DNA of 64,000 bases, from assembly GCA_038087875.1 (NCBI GenBank), contig CM075987.1, positions 19,096,001-19,160,000 of the forward strand. Direction: 5' to 3'. Below, in pieces: positions 1-12,269 of this stretch. This stretch comes from Malacoraja senta (Eukaryota). Position numbers and translations under genes: made by a program. The notes under the pieces were generated by a model. The model ran no database searches. It saw only the letters and a program-made list of their open reading frames with translations, and was not told the DNA's origin. Each line of letters opens with the position of its first letter. Within the stretch, counting starts at the first letter, position 1.

Positions 1-249
1 TTATAATGAATATAAAAATGCAAATTCTTTGAGCATCCACAAGAGGATGTTTTTTTTTTGTTGACAGCGAGTTGCCAACTTCCCTTAAAATATCTCGTCG
101 AATCTGTTGGGGGAAGATACACATAAACAGCTTCATTATTTTACTTAGATCAGATCTATTGATAAAATAAAGATAAACCTGTCCATCGTTCTGTATGAAA
201 ATAATGTAATTACATCAGTGCCTCCAATGACACAGACAGAATAAAACAG

Positions 250-970
250 GAACACAGGAAACTGCAGATGCTAGAATCTTGAGAAAAACACACAGCGTTG
301 GAGAAACTCAGCAAGTCAGGCAGCATCTGGGGAGGGAATGGACAAGCGATGTTTCTGATGGGGACTCTTCAGATTGATTGCAGTGGGGGGGATAAAACTT
401 GAAAATAGGAGCGAGGGCAGGATAAAGATAAGCAAGTTCACAAAAATGCTGGAGAAACTCAGCGGGTGCAGCAGCATCTATGGAGCGAAGGAAATAGGTA
501 ACGTTTCGGGCCGAAACCCTTCTTCAGACTCAAAATAAGCAAGTGATAGGTGGAATGAAGATAAGCAAGTGATAGGTGGAATGCGGCCAGAATGCTGTTT
601 CTCCAGCATTTTTGTGTACCAAGTGATAGGTGGATGTTGGCGAGGGGGTGATTGGCAGACGGGTGGACAAACACAAAGGCTTGAGATTAAACATTTTTCT
701 CCTCTTCTCTCTTTATGTGAGAGGGTGTCAGATAAGGAAAGAAGAATAATGAAATGTAAAGCCAGAGGGAGGGATGTTGCTGGAGGAGGCAGTGATAGAG
801 AGAGTGGAAGTAGGGGCTGGAATAGGTGAGTGGAAAGGGGGTGCAAAGGGGTGGTTGGAAAGAGCGGAAAAGGACATAGTGGGAGAAATGGGTGCGCACC
901 GGGGAAGTAGGCAGAGGAAAGAACGAGGGGTAGGAGGATAGTATTTAAAATTGGATGTTGGGTTATAAGC
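250..970 (-). mobile_element. Penelope-like element (PLE) 3'/pLTR remnant, older copy interrupted by a younger palindromic copy
   Basis: Recurrent family motif ggaactgcagatgct..ggagaaactcagc..ggcagcatct at 257-330, then a purine-rich tract ending near 940-970 in sequence resembling the reverse complement of the PLE ORF C-terminus. Confidence 0.65.
439..616. mobile_element. Young palindromic PLE-derived short element with hammerhead-like core
   Basis: Perfect 20 bp inverted ends (439-458 cacaaaaatgctggagaaac / 597-616); minus-strand CTGAAGA-AGGG-TTTCGG-CCC-GAAAC-GTT at about 498-528. Confidence 0.75.
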
Positions 971-1089
971 TAGAAGTTCTGCAGACGGCAGATGGCACGA
1001 TTGCTCCAGAATAAAAGTTTCACAAAGCAAACCAGAACTAAGTTTGAAACAATCATCCTTTAGCATTGCACAGAGTGACGCTGCAAATT

Positions 1090-1400
1090 AACAATCAAGC
1101 TCGGTTGAAGGCAGTGAGTGGCGGGGTTGAGTTGTCGAGCCCATTGTGTACACGGTGTTTGGTTGCTCCCCACTCAACCCGGGGAAGTTAATCCGTGGAC
1201 GGCGGCGGGACTCGAGGACCGTGACCATGGATGGAGCTGCCCGCTCGGCGCCGAGGCCCGGCTCTGGGATGTCCCCGGGCAGAAGCGCAATGTCTCAGTG
1301 ACTGCGGGCGGCGAAATACTCCACAGAGGGGAAACAAAGTTTTAGTGGAGGAGAGGTTTGGAGCTGTGGTCACCTGCGGCCAGACATGCTGTGTAAGTAG
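1090..1400 (+). promoter_or_regulatory. CpG-rich putative promoter / first exon of an unidentified host gene
   Basis: GC- and CpG-rich non-repetitive patch in an AT-rich, CpG-depleted background; ATGs at 1227 (accATGg) and 1231; donor GTAAGT at 1393-1398. Confidence 0.5.
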
Positions 1401-1701
1401 TCGAATATATCACAATCATCACCACAAAGCTCGTCACCTTTACTCTGTTTTACTTCCACCTACTTCAGCGTTTCAGGAACTTGAGGGAAATGTTGTCTTG
1501 ACGTCGGTAATTGTTTCAAAAAACTTTGGGAACATTTTGCCTGATTCACTGTCTCGGGGCATTCTGCGTAAAAATCTTATTTGCATTTAAAAAGGAAAGC
1601 CTTCTCACACGTGCCAATGTGACTTTTGTTGTGTGTTTTATTTAATATGCGTTTGTTCGCTTCTCTCTCTCTCTCTCCCACTACTTACTTTTTATGACAA
1701 G

Positions 1702-1854
1702 GCCCAAAACGGGACCTCGGCCCCGCGTGAGAGTGTCGGCGGCAGGAAGGGGAGGCACCGCCGGCGAGGCGTTTCCGATCTGTGGCCTTGTTATAGGGAG
1801 TTAAAAGTTGAGCAGCGAAGGATGCATCCTCCTGCTCTGGTGCTAGGTTTTCAT
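1702..1854 (+). other. Candidate exon or alternative first exon (CpG-rich)
   Basis: Pyrimidine tract and AG at 1700-1701, 153 nt open in frame 0, CAT|GTAAGG at 1855; CpG-rich. Confidence 0.25.
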
Positions 1855-2659
1855 GTAAGGAAGAAAATGTACATGTTTGGTCTGTGTTGTTGGTTCTGAC
1901 TTTCCAACAATGGAAACTCAGTAGCTATAGCCAGGATCTTTGCTCAGTAGCCCTCCGTTAACCTGGAAAAGGAAGTTAAAAGATTAAATTTGAAACGGTG
2001 TACCCGCATTGTGTCTCAGCACACGTGTGTTCTGGTACAGTATTCAAGTGGCCTGTAAACAAACTGGCAGAAACTTTAATGTTTACACGAATTTAGGACA
2101 CCGGGGAATGATTGTTTAGCTATAATATTCTCTTGTGGTTCAATGTCAACTGATTAGTGAGTTAACATTTATTTATTTTCCGCACACTTAAAAAGCAGTT
2201 GAGTAGGCATACGGCTCGATTATCATTTATCTGTGTCTGTATCTTTGTTTATACAGCTCACTGACATTTGTGTTCAGTAAGTGCATTTAACCACACAACA
2301 CTGCATCCCAAGACGTCAGTCTGTGTGATCCTGAAAAACTGGCAATGTTACATTAATCAACTCCAGATCTGTATGGATATCAAATTGTACAGCAGCTGGA
2401 TCAATGAAGGGTGTAACTTGGCACTCCAACAAACTTGGACATGTTAAATCCTCCAACACTCAGACATGTCAAATTAACTAATCTGAGGGAGGGAAAGGCT
2501 TTGGTGTTGTTGAGTTTTAAGGAGGGACAAGATCAATCTTCCTCCCATTTGCTTTGTTTTCACTGGCTCTTAATTAAAAGTATGGCTAAAAATTAGATGA
2601 CAGGTTGGCCTCTAATATATGTAGAGGGAATGGATAGGCGATGTTTTGGGTCAGTGCAG

Positions 2660-2860
2660 AGACACAAGGAACTGCAGATGTTGGAACCATGAGCAAAACA
2701 CTGGTTCTGGAGGGACTGAATGGGTCAGGCGGCAGCTGGGGAGGGAGTAGACAGGTGACATTTTGGGTCAAGAATCTGTCCTGACCTGAAGCATCGCTTA
2801 TCCACTCTCTCTACAGATGCTGTCTAACCCGTTGAGATCCTCCAGTACATTGTGGTTTGG
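2660..2860. mobile_element. Palindromic PLE-derived short repeat (diverged)
   Basis: ggaactgcagatgttgg..ggagggactgaatgggtcaggcggcagctgg followed by the inverted arm ..tctctacagatgctgtctaacccgttgagatcctccagtac. Confidence 0.65.
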
Positions 2861-3894
2861 CTCCGTTTTGCTGCTTTCTCTCTAGACTTGGAGAGCAACG
2901 AAGTTGAAGAGTTGTAGTCACCCGAACATACTCAGGAAGTTATGATGAGAGACATTGGTTTTGTCTGTGGTTTCCATGTGGGATTTGGATGCCCCTGGGG
3001 AATAAACGGTGGTAAAATTAGAAGAGGACCTATTGGTTAAAATTGTTTTTATTTAATGTTCGTAATTGGAATGAAGGAGGGGAGAAGAGCAAATAGCTTT
3101 GAAGTGTGGTGCTGATAACAAATGTATGAATCTCTGCATTTCTGTATCTCTTTTTAAAGTTATCATTGAATCTGTTTCTATTAAGAATCTGGTGATGAGT
3201 GGGCGGATGGGGCTTCGGTCATAAATAGTCTCTGCCCTAGATCATTTGACAGGTCGGCCTGTTTCTGTGCTGTAGAGGATAGTACCATCAAACTGTGAAC
3301 CTTGGGTAAAAATAAAAGTAATTTTGACATTCCGTGCCCTCTTGTTACTGAGTCAGGGAATATTGCTTTTTGGCTGAAGTTGGGACAATCCAAGCCTCTT
3401 TTTTTCCTTTCACTGTGGAATTGGAATCTCTCATTATTGGAAGCATTGTGATTTTCTTTTGCGCCCTTGCCAAAGACCTGACATGTTTCCCAATGAATTG
3501 GACCAAGATCTGACCCAGTATTCTTGCTTGGCAATTCAACAAAATCAACCAAATTCAAACCTTGCTCTCGGTTTAATTTTTGAAATGAAGCCAAATTATT
3601 TGCTTATTTTCCCTTTTAATTGGGTGGATTCTAGTTATTTGTATGTATTAAAAAAAAATTAAAAATACACTCTAGTAAGAGCACATATTGAAAAAAATAA
3701 AAGGTTGCATGTTCAAATTTAAACTGAAAGCTCTCCAGCAGCCACTCCGCACCAGCTTTTCATGACATTTTCTTGGGTAGGAGAGATGATTATTGCGCAT
3801 TCCTGTTCTATAGTCAAAATACCAGAATTTGTCACCATTGCTGAGCAACTCTCACTTGCCACTAATATAAAATTTAAATTAAATACTTTTCTAC

Positions 3895-4200
3895 AGTAGA
3901 ACAGTATGTCCCCAAAACAGGCCCTTTGGCCCACAATCTCTGTACTGAACATGATGCCAGGACCTACTCTTATTTGTTTGCACATAATCCATATCCCTCC
4001 TTTCCTTGCATATCCATGTGCCTATCCATAAGTCTCTTAAATGCTATTATCGTATCTGCCACAACCATCACTCCACAGTACATTCCAAGCACTCACCTCC
4101 CTGTGTTTTTAAAAATACACTTTCTCTGCTCATCTCTTTTACACTATGACTCTCTCATCTTAAAGCTATGCCCTCTAGTATTTGATTTTTCCATCCTGGG
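3895..4200 (-). mobile_element. CR1 LINE 3' end fragment
   Basis: Reverse complement of the CR1 tail (aacagggccctttggcccac.., atgccctctagtatttg = TRGH motif). Confidence 0.7.
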
Positions 4201-4439
4201 TTCTTTGAAGTTGAGTTGTTGCATGAAGACATCCAAATCAAAATTGTGAGGTTCTGGGCAACAATATTATCACATAGGTTAGAGTGTGAGCCGTAGAGAG
4301 GAAGGGCAGAACAAGCTGTGCTCTAAACATGTTTGGAAACTATCTTTTAATATTTAGACCGGTTATACCACCAAGCTCTGCTGCTTGTCAGTAAAACCAG
4401 AAAATGCTGGAAATACTCATTGGATTGTATCGACCTCAA

Positions 4440-5240
4440 ATATGGGGTAAAGTTTCCTGCACCCTATCTTTACCCCTCATAATTTTATATACCTCAATCA
4501 TGTTCCCCTTAACCTCCTGTGCTCCAGGGAGAAAAGCCCTAGCTTCTCTAATCTCTCCTCATAACGGAAATGCCCCATCTCAAGCAACATTCTGTTGAAG
4601 TCCCTCCGCACCCTCTCCAGAGCTATCACATCCTTACTGTACTGTTTGTGACCAGACTGCATGCAGTGTTTCTTCATATAAGGTTTAACAAAGTTCAAGT
4701 ATAATCTCTTTCCTTCTGCATTTATGCCCCAAGCAATGAGGGCAGTATCCTGCCTGCCTTCCTAACCTTGTTGTATATCTGCGTTGCCTCTTTCTAATTT
4801 GGCCGAGCCTTATTAGTGCTCTCGAAAAGTATCACCTCACATTTATTTGGATTAAATTCCCCCTTTATATTTCACCCCATTTTACATAAACATCAATATC
4901 CCTCTGTCGCCGAAGTTATCTTCTACATCTTCACCTACTCTACCAATCTCTGTGTCATCCCTAAACTTACTGAACTTGCCTCCTCCATCCACAACAACAT
5001 GGGTCACAGTACTGATCCTTGTAGGACACCACTAGTCACCGGTATCCAATTGGAAATACAACCCTCTACCATTGTACTCTGTCTCTTATGGCCCAGCTGA
5101 TTTCTGATCCAGTTTGCCAACTTGCCCCAGATCCCATGAGCCTTAACCTATTGAACTAGTCTCTCATGACGTATTGAAATGCATGTAAATTGCATTTACA
5201 CCCTGCTCTCATCAATATATGTTGTTATTTCTTCAAAGGA
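4440..5240 (-). mobile_element. CR1 LINE ORF2 fragment (decayed)
   Basis: ORF 4498-4698 KDVIALERVRRDF..YEERLEKLGLFSLEHRRLRG is CR1 ORF2 C-terminal sequence; VTSGVLQGSVL-like RT motif on the minus strand near 5010-5040. Confidence 0.8.
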
Positions 5241-5289
5241 TTAAAAAAAACTGAAGAGAACAAAAACTGAGTTACTGTGACAATATTGA

Positions 5290-5560
5290 TGACCTTTCAT
5301 TAGAACTGGTCGGTTTAACGGGCTGAAAAGGCTAAATTGCATGGTGAATCTTGATGCCTCTAATGAGCTTAATTGAAGGATGAGATGCTATTAAGTTGTA
5401 CGTTGTTGGAACAGTGCAGGTGGCCAAAGGCAGAGGTCATTGTGGGTGTCTAATGGAGAATTAAAGTGACAGGCAACTCGGAGCCCAGGATTACCCTTGT
5501 AGACTTAATGGTAGTTTTGCTAAAACAGTCATTCAATCTGAGTTTGGTTTCTTTCGGTTT
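5290..5560 (-). mobile_element. PLE GIY-YIG endonuclease C-terminal remnant
   Basis: Minus strand 5455-5478 reads gttgcctgtcactttaattctcca = VACHFNSP, typical of the Penelope endonuclease C-terminus; decayed. Confidence 0.55.
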
Positions 5561-6034
5561 CCAGACAAGATCAAGGGGGGGGGGGGGAGGGGGGAGATAT
5601 AAGATGGGTGGCAGTTTTGTTATCAGAAATCATCATTGGTGTGAGAAGGGATGCTATGTTAGAAGACTCATGAAATGTGGTTTTGTGGTTTGACGCAGAC
5701 AAACAGAAAAGCACAGAATATTTATAAGGGCAATGATTTCCTAAATTGTATTCACTTTTTTTAAGCTTGTTTGTAAACAAGTCATAGGCGAGGGAATGGT
5801 GTAATTCTGGAATTAAGATAAAGAGATGTAATGTTCTTCCACTGATATTCCATATTAATTATGATGTAGTTACATTTAATAGAATTATAGAAGACGATAA
5901 AGATTTACGAGAAGCTCTGAATTTGTGGGAACATCAATGTGAGTGGAATGAGAAGTAACTGAAAACAACTGCAGTATTTAACTATTCTATACCAATGGGA
6001 AACACTTGATGATAAACTATTCTCATACCAATGG

Positions 6035-6669
6035 TAATAATAATAATAATAATAATAATAGATTTTATTTATATAGCGCTTTTCAGGACTCAAAGTCGCT
6101 TTACAATTGAGAGTCAGGAATAAACAAAACAAAATAGAGCAGTAAGACAGAGGGGAGGGGAACATGGGACTAAGGGTATGCAGAGGTGAAGAGATGGGTC
6201 TTGAGGCGGGACTGGAAGATGGTGAGGGACTCAGAATTTCGGACCGGTTGTGGGAGGGAATTCCAGAGCCTGGGAGCTGCCCTGGAGAAGGCTCTGCCTC
6301 CAAAAGTGCAGAGGTTTGATTTCGGAGTGGAGAGGAGACCAGCTGATGTGGATCTGAGGGACCGTGAGGGTTGGTAGGGGGAGAGGAGGTCAATGAGATA
6401 AGGGGGGGCCAGGTTGTTGAGGGCTTTGTAGGTGAGGACCAGGATTTTGTAGGTGATCCGGTGGGAAATGGGAAGCCAGTGAAGTTCTTTGAGAACTGGG
6501 GTGATGTTGTGCCAGGATTTGGTGTGGGTAATGAGTCGAGCGGCTGCATTTTGGACCAGTTGGAGTCGTTTGATGCTGCTGGAATTGATTCCGAAAAGAA
6601 GAGAGTTACAGTAGTCCAGTCGGGAGGAGATGAAGGCATGGATGAGTCTTTCAGCAGCGGGGGGGGGGG
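6035..6669 (-). mobile_element. L2 LINE, 5'-truncated, fairly young
   Basis: Open ORF2 C-terminus HAFISSRLDYCNSLL..LQLVQNAAAR..ITPVLKELHWLP..APRLWNSLP; L2 tail and (TAA)n microsatellite at 6035-6060. Confidence 0.92.
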
Positions 6670-6831
6670 TGTGAGAGACGATCAAGTTTGGGGTAAATAT
6701 TTTCCCGCAGGGATAAAGGATGTGGCTGCAAAATATACTGCAAATGAATGGCAATTCCTCTTGTCTATACTAGAATTCGGAGGCAAAATGCAGCTTCATT
6801 GCCTTAGCTCTTGAACGTAGCTTTTCAGTTC

Positions 6832-8059
6832 ATGTACATCTGCGCCTTCCTCCCTCGCACCATGGACCTGCTGCAGTTCGCATAGCGTCCAAACAGATCC
6901 ACGGATGACGCGGTCTCCCAGGTTCTGCACACCACTCTCTCTCACCTTGACAGCCAGAAGGGGAGCTATGTGAGGATGCTTGTTCATTGATTTCTGTTCA
7001 GCTTTCAACACCATAGTCCCCACCAGACTTGCTGAGAAGCTGCTGGAACTGGGACTGACCCTGTGTGCTCTGGGTCCTGGACTTTCTCACCGCCAGACTC
7101 CAGGTGGTCAAGATGGGGAGACATACCTCGAACCTCCTCACCCTGAACACAGGATCCCCCCAGGGTTGCGTCCTCAGCCCCCTACTGTACTCCCTGTGCA
7201 CACATGACTGGGTGGCCAGGTTCAGCTCCAACTCCAAGTTTGCTGATGGTGGTGGGCCTGATCTCTGATAACGATGAGAAGGCCTGGAGGAGGTGGCTGA
7301 CCTGCCACTCTGGTGTCAGAACAACAGCCTCCGTTTGAATGTCACTAAAACTAAGGAGCTGATTGTGGACTTTAGAAAGGCACAACAACCGAGGACGTAC
7401 ACACCACTGGGGATAAATGGGACTACTGTGGATAGGGTGAGCAGCTTTAAATACCTGTGAGTCCACATCACAGAGGATCTGACATGGACAACACACGCTG
7501 CCGCACTGGTGAGACAGGCAAGGCATCGCCTTTACCACCTCAGGCAGCTGAGGAAATTCAGAGTCTCTCTGAGGATCCTTCAGTCCTTCTACTCTGGTGC
7601 TGTAGAAAGCATCCTGTCTGGTAACATCTCAATCTGGTTTGGGAACCGCTCTGCCCAGGACAGGAAGGCTCTGCAGAGAGTAGTGCGTTTGGCCGAACGC
7701 ACCATGGGAACAACACTCACCCCCCCTTCAGGACCTATATACCAAGAGGTGCAGATCCAGAGCCAGCAAGATCATGAAGGACCCCTACCACCACAGCAAA
7801 GGACTGTTCCAGCTGCTACCGTCAGGCAAGCGCCTTCGCTGTCAAGCTGCGAAAACAGAGAGGATGAGACAGAGTTTCTTCCCACAGGCCATCAGGACTG
7901 TAATCTCACTAGGGACTAATTTACTGTTGTGTCTTTAAAAAAAATGTAAATACTGGTTCTGTTCTGTTCTGTTGTTTTGCACAATCCCCCGGGCATTGCC
8001 ACTTTCATTTCACTGTACATCTTGTATGTACATGTGACAAATAAAGTTGACTTGACTTG
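6832..8059 (+). mobile_element. Rex1/Babar-clade LINE, 5'-truncated, frameshifted
   Basis: LQFA*RPNRSTDDA, FIDFCSAFNTIVP, TGSPQGCVLSPLLYSL, C-terminal SFFP; tail aataaa(gttgactt)gacttga. Confidence 0.9.
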
Positions 8060-9064
8060 ATGTTGGGACAAAGGTACAATGAGATCTGGGGTCAGCAGTC
8101 TGGGCAAAACTGCACTGAGCATGTATGCCTTTGCACTACCTGATGATAACTTTGATAATTTTGCTGACTGGCTTTGATTTGTTCTTTCAGTGGAGAGGGC
8201 AACTGTGGCAACTTTTCATAATTCCAGTCTGATGCCAGTGTAGTAACTGTTGGAGTAGTTGGAATGCAAGTTTAGCTCACTACTAAGAAGCATAAGTGTT
8301 TAGTTAGTGGGTTGGTATGTTGTCCCACAGTCTTTGCTGAATCCAGTGCTATTAGCCATCTCTTGAACGTAGGCGGAATGAATCAAATGAGCTGAAGACT
8401 GGGTTTAATAATACTGGGGATAAAGGGAGGAGGCGAAGATGGCTTTGTACTGTTTAATGGAGGAGCCCTTTAATCTGCTGTCAGTTCCTCACGCATACCC
8501 CTGGCTGTCACCATACCATTGGCACAAGAATAACTGCAGCATCATTTCCCACACCAACCTTTCAAAAAGCTTTTGAAACAAAAGAAATTGAAGTCAAGGG
8601 GAGATTTGTCCGAATTAATTGATGAACATGCTTTTCTACTTTAACTATGTTCAAACCAGACTCTGTTTTGTCCTTTGTTTCACTGAATTTTCGAGAGAAA
8701 ACATGAAGGTTGTTAGTGATTATTGGCTGCTTACATGTAGTGTTGGCTTGAACATCCTTGAACATATAGTGTGTGGGGGTGGCAAGCCTAAATGCCTGTA
8801 TCTTGCCTGCATTTATCTGACTCATAATGGCCTGGATGTGTGACTTAAACTGCAACAGCTATTTTCATGCAGAATTAGCTCAGTGCACATGTCTGCACAG
8901 GGTAAGAATGTAACAAGAACGCAACGTGTCAGCAGGAAGTGGTGAGCTTCTATGTTGGAATCCTATGTAGGGAAAATACTACTTAGACCTCCTATTAAAA
9001 GATTTGTTTTGCACAGAGCAGCTCCTTGAATGGTTTGGTTTCACAAGTCATGGCAAAGGAAAAT

Positions 9065-9430
9065 CAATTTACTTCAGATGTTGGAAATCTGAAATGCTGG
9101 AACCACTTAAAAATCAGGCAACAGCTGTGGAAAGAGAAAGTAAATGTTTAAGACATAAGAGACTGTAGATGCTGGAATCTTGAGCAAACCAGAAAGTGGT
9201 GGAGGAACTCCAGAGAGGGAATAGTCAGAAGAAGGATCCGAACCTGAAAGGTTGCCTGTCCATTCCTTCCCCAGATGCTGCCTGACCTGCTGAGTTCCGT
9301 CAGCACTTACTGATTTGCAGTAAACATTTGAGGTTGAAAACCTTTTTGCCAGAACAATCTTTGATCTGACACATTAAATTAATTTCTCTATTCACAGACG
9401 TGTCTGACTTCCTGTGTGCTTCTAACATTT
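9065..9430. mobile_element. Nested palindromic PLE-derived short repeats
   Basis: Younger palindromic copy (about 9152-9318) inserted in an older one; flanks agtaaatgtt / agtaaacatt resemble a decayed TSD. Confidence 0.6.
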
Positions 9431-10332
9431 GTGGATGACCATTAAATGCAGCTTGGTGATTTATTGTGTGTCATTGTCACAGTGGAATGGGAAAGCTGGG
9501 ATCAGCCTTTTTGTTCAGACTGGATGGACATGATGACGTTTATGATGTCCTGGAAATATATGTGGGAATGGAATCTTGTGGAGTGTGAGAGAGATGTAAC
9601 CTCAGGTTATGAGGAGGTAGACTTGGTGTTTAGCAGCAGCAAAGTTGAAATTGCACTAAACCTTTTTGCAGAGTTGAAGGTATCCTTGATAAACTAAATA
9701 GAAAGCAAATAAAGAGCGTGATTGGGGAAAGGGAATTTGGAAACTACAGCAGTGACACTATTTAGAAATTAATTCATGGTCATTGAAGCACTTTGGGGTA
9801 TCTTAAAAAGTTGTAAAAAGCCCTTAATATAAATGGAAGTCCAATTATCTTTGCTTGAGACTAACTGCTGCATCAACTATGCATACAAGATGAACCAAAT
9901 GACATGCTTTTATTACAGTTTTGTGTGCTCTGGGATGACTAATTGAAAAATTACAACTTTTGTCTCCTGCATAGGATTAGTGCGAATGTCGGCAGTGGCT
10001 TTGAAGATCATTGGGGAATTCCTGAAAAACAAATTTGTAGCTGTTACTAGACTAAGTGGGACCCGTTGGGTCCCAGCATCACACGGGAGGGCTGGTCCCC
10101 AACGCAATTTTCCACCTCTCCACCAATTCCAATATTGGTGGCCGGGGAGGGGAGGGGGCTTTCTGGAGCGCTAGTATGGGTGTTGTGGGCTGAAGGGACT
10201 GGTTTCCAGAGGGCTAGTATGGACATTGTGGGCCGAATGGATTCTTGGGCTGGCCACTCAAGCCTGTTGTGCTGGCAGCTCACTCACGGGTGGTGGCCTG
10301 GCAGTTGACTCACGGCTATTTCTTGAAATTCC

Positions 10333-10452
10333 ATTTCAAGCAGGGTGCAAGGCCACCAAATTCAAGTGCAGTTTCTTACCACTTCAAGCAAGGTGCAAGG
10401 CCACCAAATTCAAGTGCAGTTTAATACCATTTCAAGCAGGGTGCAAGGCCAC
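10333..10452. repeat. 48 bp tandem repeat x2.5 inside the Helitron
   Basis: Units start at 10333, 10381 and 10429 (atttcaagcagggtgcaaggccaccaaattcaagtgcagttt..). Confidence 0.9.
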
Positions 10453-10807
10453 TAAAGACAGCGAGTCGTGACCTCTCCCTCCTCCATTTTGCAGAGACTG
10501 AGCCATGCCCACACTTCTGGGTTTTATAGTCCCTCCCCCCCCCCCTCCCACCATGTGGCCTGCATGGCGTGATTGACAGGAGAGAGAATCTCAACATTTA
10601 AAAAACACTAATAACTCTTTTATTTTTCATCGATGGGAAAAATCATCGGCACCTGATGAGCGGAGGGGGACTCTGAGTAAGATGGCCAAAAATCACAGCC
10701 GTACATGGTAGCATTTTTTCTAAAATCAATATAAAGTGCAAACAGGAAGTGGTCATAATTATATAGATGGCAAGGCAACTTTAATTAGGCAAGGCAACTT
10801 TAATTAG

Positions 10808-10960
10808 GCAACACAGCTTTAGTATTTCCAAACCAAAGGCAAGACAGTTTCAGCATTTCCAAACCAAAGACACACAGCTTTAGCATTTCCAAACTAAAGG
10901 CAACACAGCTTTAGCATTTCCAAACCAAAGGCAACACAGCTTTAGCATTTCCAAACTATA
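10808..10960. repeat. About 31 bp minisatellite x5 inside the Helitron
   Basis: ggcaacacagctttagcatttccaaaccaaa repeated head to tail without spacers. Confidence 0.9.
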
Positions 10961-11679
10961 TTTTCAAACCATATTAAGGACACTGACAGGTCAGTAAAAC
11001 CACTCACAGTTTAGTAGACATGTGTTCAGTGTTATTCACAGCTCAGACTGAGAGACGTGACCCTCTCGCTCCCCCATCTTGCAGAGACTGACTGAGGCAC
11101 TCAACACTTCCGGGTTTTATAGTCCCTCCGGAAGGTGCGTGGCCTTCAGGAGAGAGAATCTCAACATTTTTTAAACACTAATAACTCTTTTATTATTCAT
11201 CAATGGGAAAAATTATCTTGCCCTGCGCAGCGGAGGGGGACTCTGAGTAAGATGGACAAAAATCACAACCGTAAGTGGCAGCGTTTTTTCTAAAAGCAAT
11301 ATACAGAACAACAGGAAGTGGTGAAGATCAGACTTTTAGTAATATAGATTACTTCTTGAATTGGGAGACAAGCATTAAGCGGATGGCTGTGCTATTTTTA
11401 TTTTGATGTGTTGAGTTGACTAGATTGTGGGTGTTTCCATTTGAATTTTTTTAACTTGGGTTGTGGGGAATGAGAGAAAGGAACTTGAATCTGTCATAAA
11501 CTTTGCATCCAATGCCATGAACGTTGGTAATGTAATTACTGACTTAATCATGGTGGTAAAAATCGCCAGCGATACTGAAAAGATGAGCAATTTTACTGAA
11601 AGCTGATTGAGGGATAAATATTTATGCAAACCTCCTCTGCACTGGTTTGAAATAGTGTGCTGCAAAATTCAGTGGCCAC

Positions 11680-11790
11680 CTAAGAATGTGAATGGTGCCA
11701 CAATTTTATGTGAGGATAGCATCTCTGACAGTGCAGGTTTCCCTCAGTACTGCGTGCACTGAATTGTTAGCCTCCATTCCTTTCTGAACT
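11680..11790 (-). mobile_element. Ancient Deu-domain SINE fragment (SacSINE1/AmnSINE1-like)
   Basis: atctctgacagtgcaggtttccctcagtactgc is the reverse complement of the recalled Deu-SINE segment gcagtactgagggagtgctgcactgtcggag. Confidence 0.5.
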
Positions 11791-12269
11791 TGGCACAGAT
11801 CCATTAAGGCAAGAAATTTGAGTGAAGAAAAGTTCTGCTCATCAGTTCTCTGCTATTCCTCCAAAATGTGTCTCTCCCCTCCTAAATGGAATCCATAAAT
11901 GGCTGCATATAATAACATTGCTCTCTAGGCAGAATGCAGACTATTTGGAGATATGCCATTAAATACACTCGCAGCACTGTTGCAACTAACTGCGATTTTT
12001 ATTTTTGTGCATCATTTATTTTTGTGTTGCTAATCGCTTGTCAGTGCTTTTTGTGGGAAGAATAACTGCGTTCAGTAGGAGATTTAGCTGTACTTCCAGC
12101 ACTTTAAATGTTTGGTGTCATTTATAGTGACATTCTTAAGAAAATTAGATGGCTTAGTATCATGCCACTGTGAAAGGTATTTGTTATATGTCCACATGTA
12201 ACTGCCATCAGCTTGATTAACACAGCTGCTGCATTGGACAGTTCAAGCATTCACTGCACAGAATTTATT

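Larger units (their letters stand above)
10047..11348 (-). mobile_element. Non-autonomous Helitron (compound)
   Basis: Minus strand starts A|TCTATATTACTAAAA at 11348 and ends with hairpin GGGACCC-AAC-GGGTCCC then ACTTAGTCTAG|T at 10047; A^T insertion site, no TSD. Confidence 0.88.

Noticed and set aside
3181-3594. 137 aa minus-strand ORF as a possible host exon
   Set aside because: Contains VTRGH and, in another frame, VQF..SLARAQKKITML, consistent with a heavily decayed CR1
5905-6639. 244 aa Ser/Pro-rich ORF
   Set aside because: Alternative frame of the L2 ORF2 fragment running through the (TAA)n tail
10808-10960. Regular 31 bp repeats suggestive of a CRISPR array
   Set aside because: Units are contiguous with no unique spacers, there are no cas genes, and the array lies inside a eukaryotic Helitron
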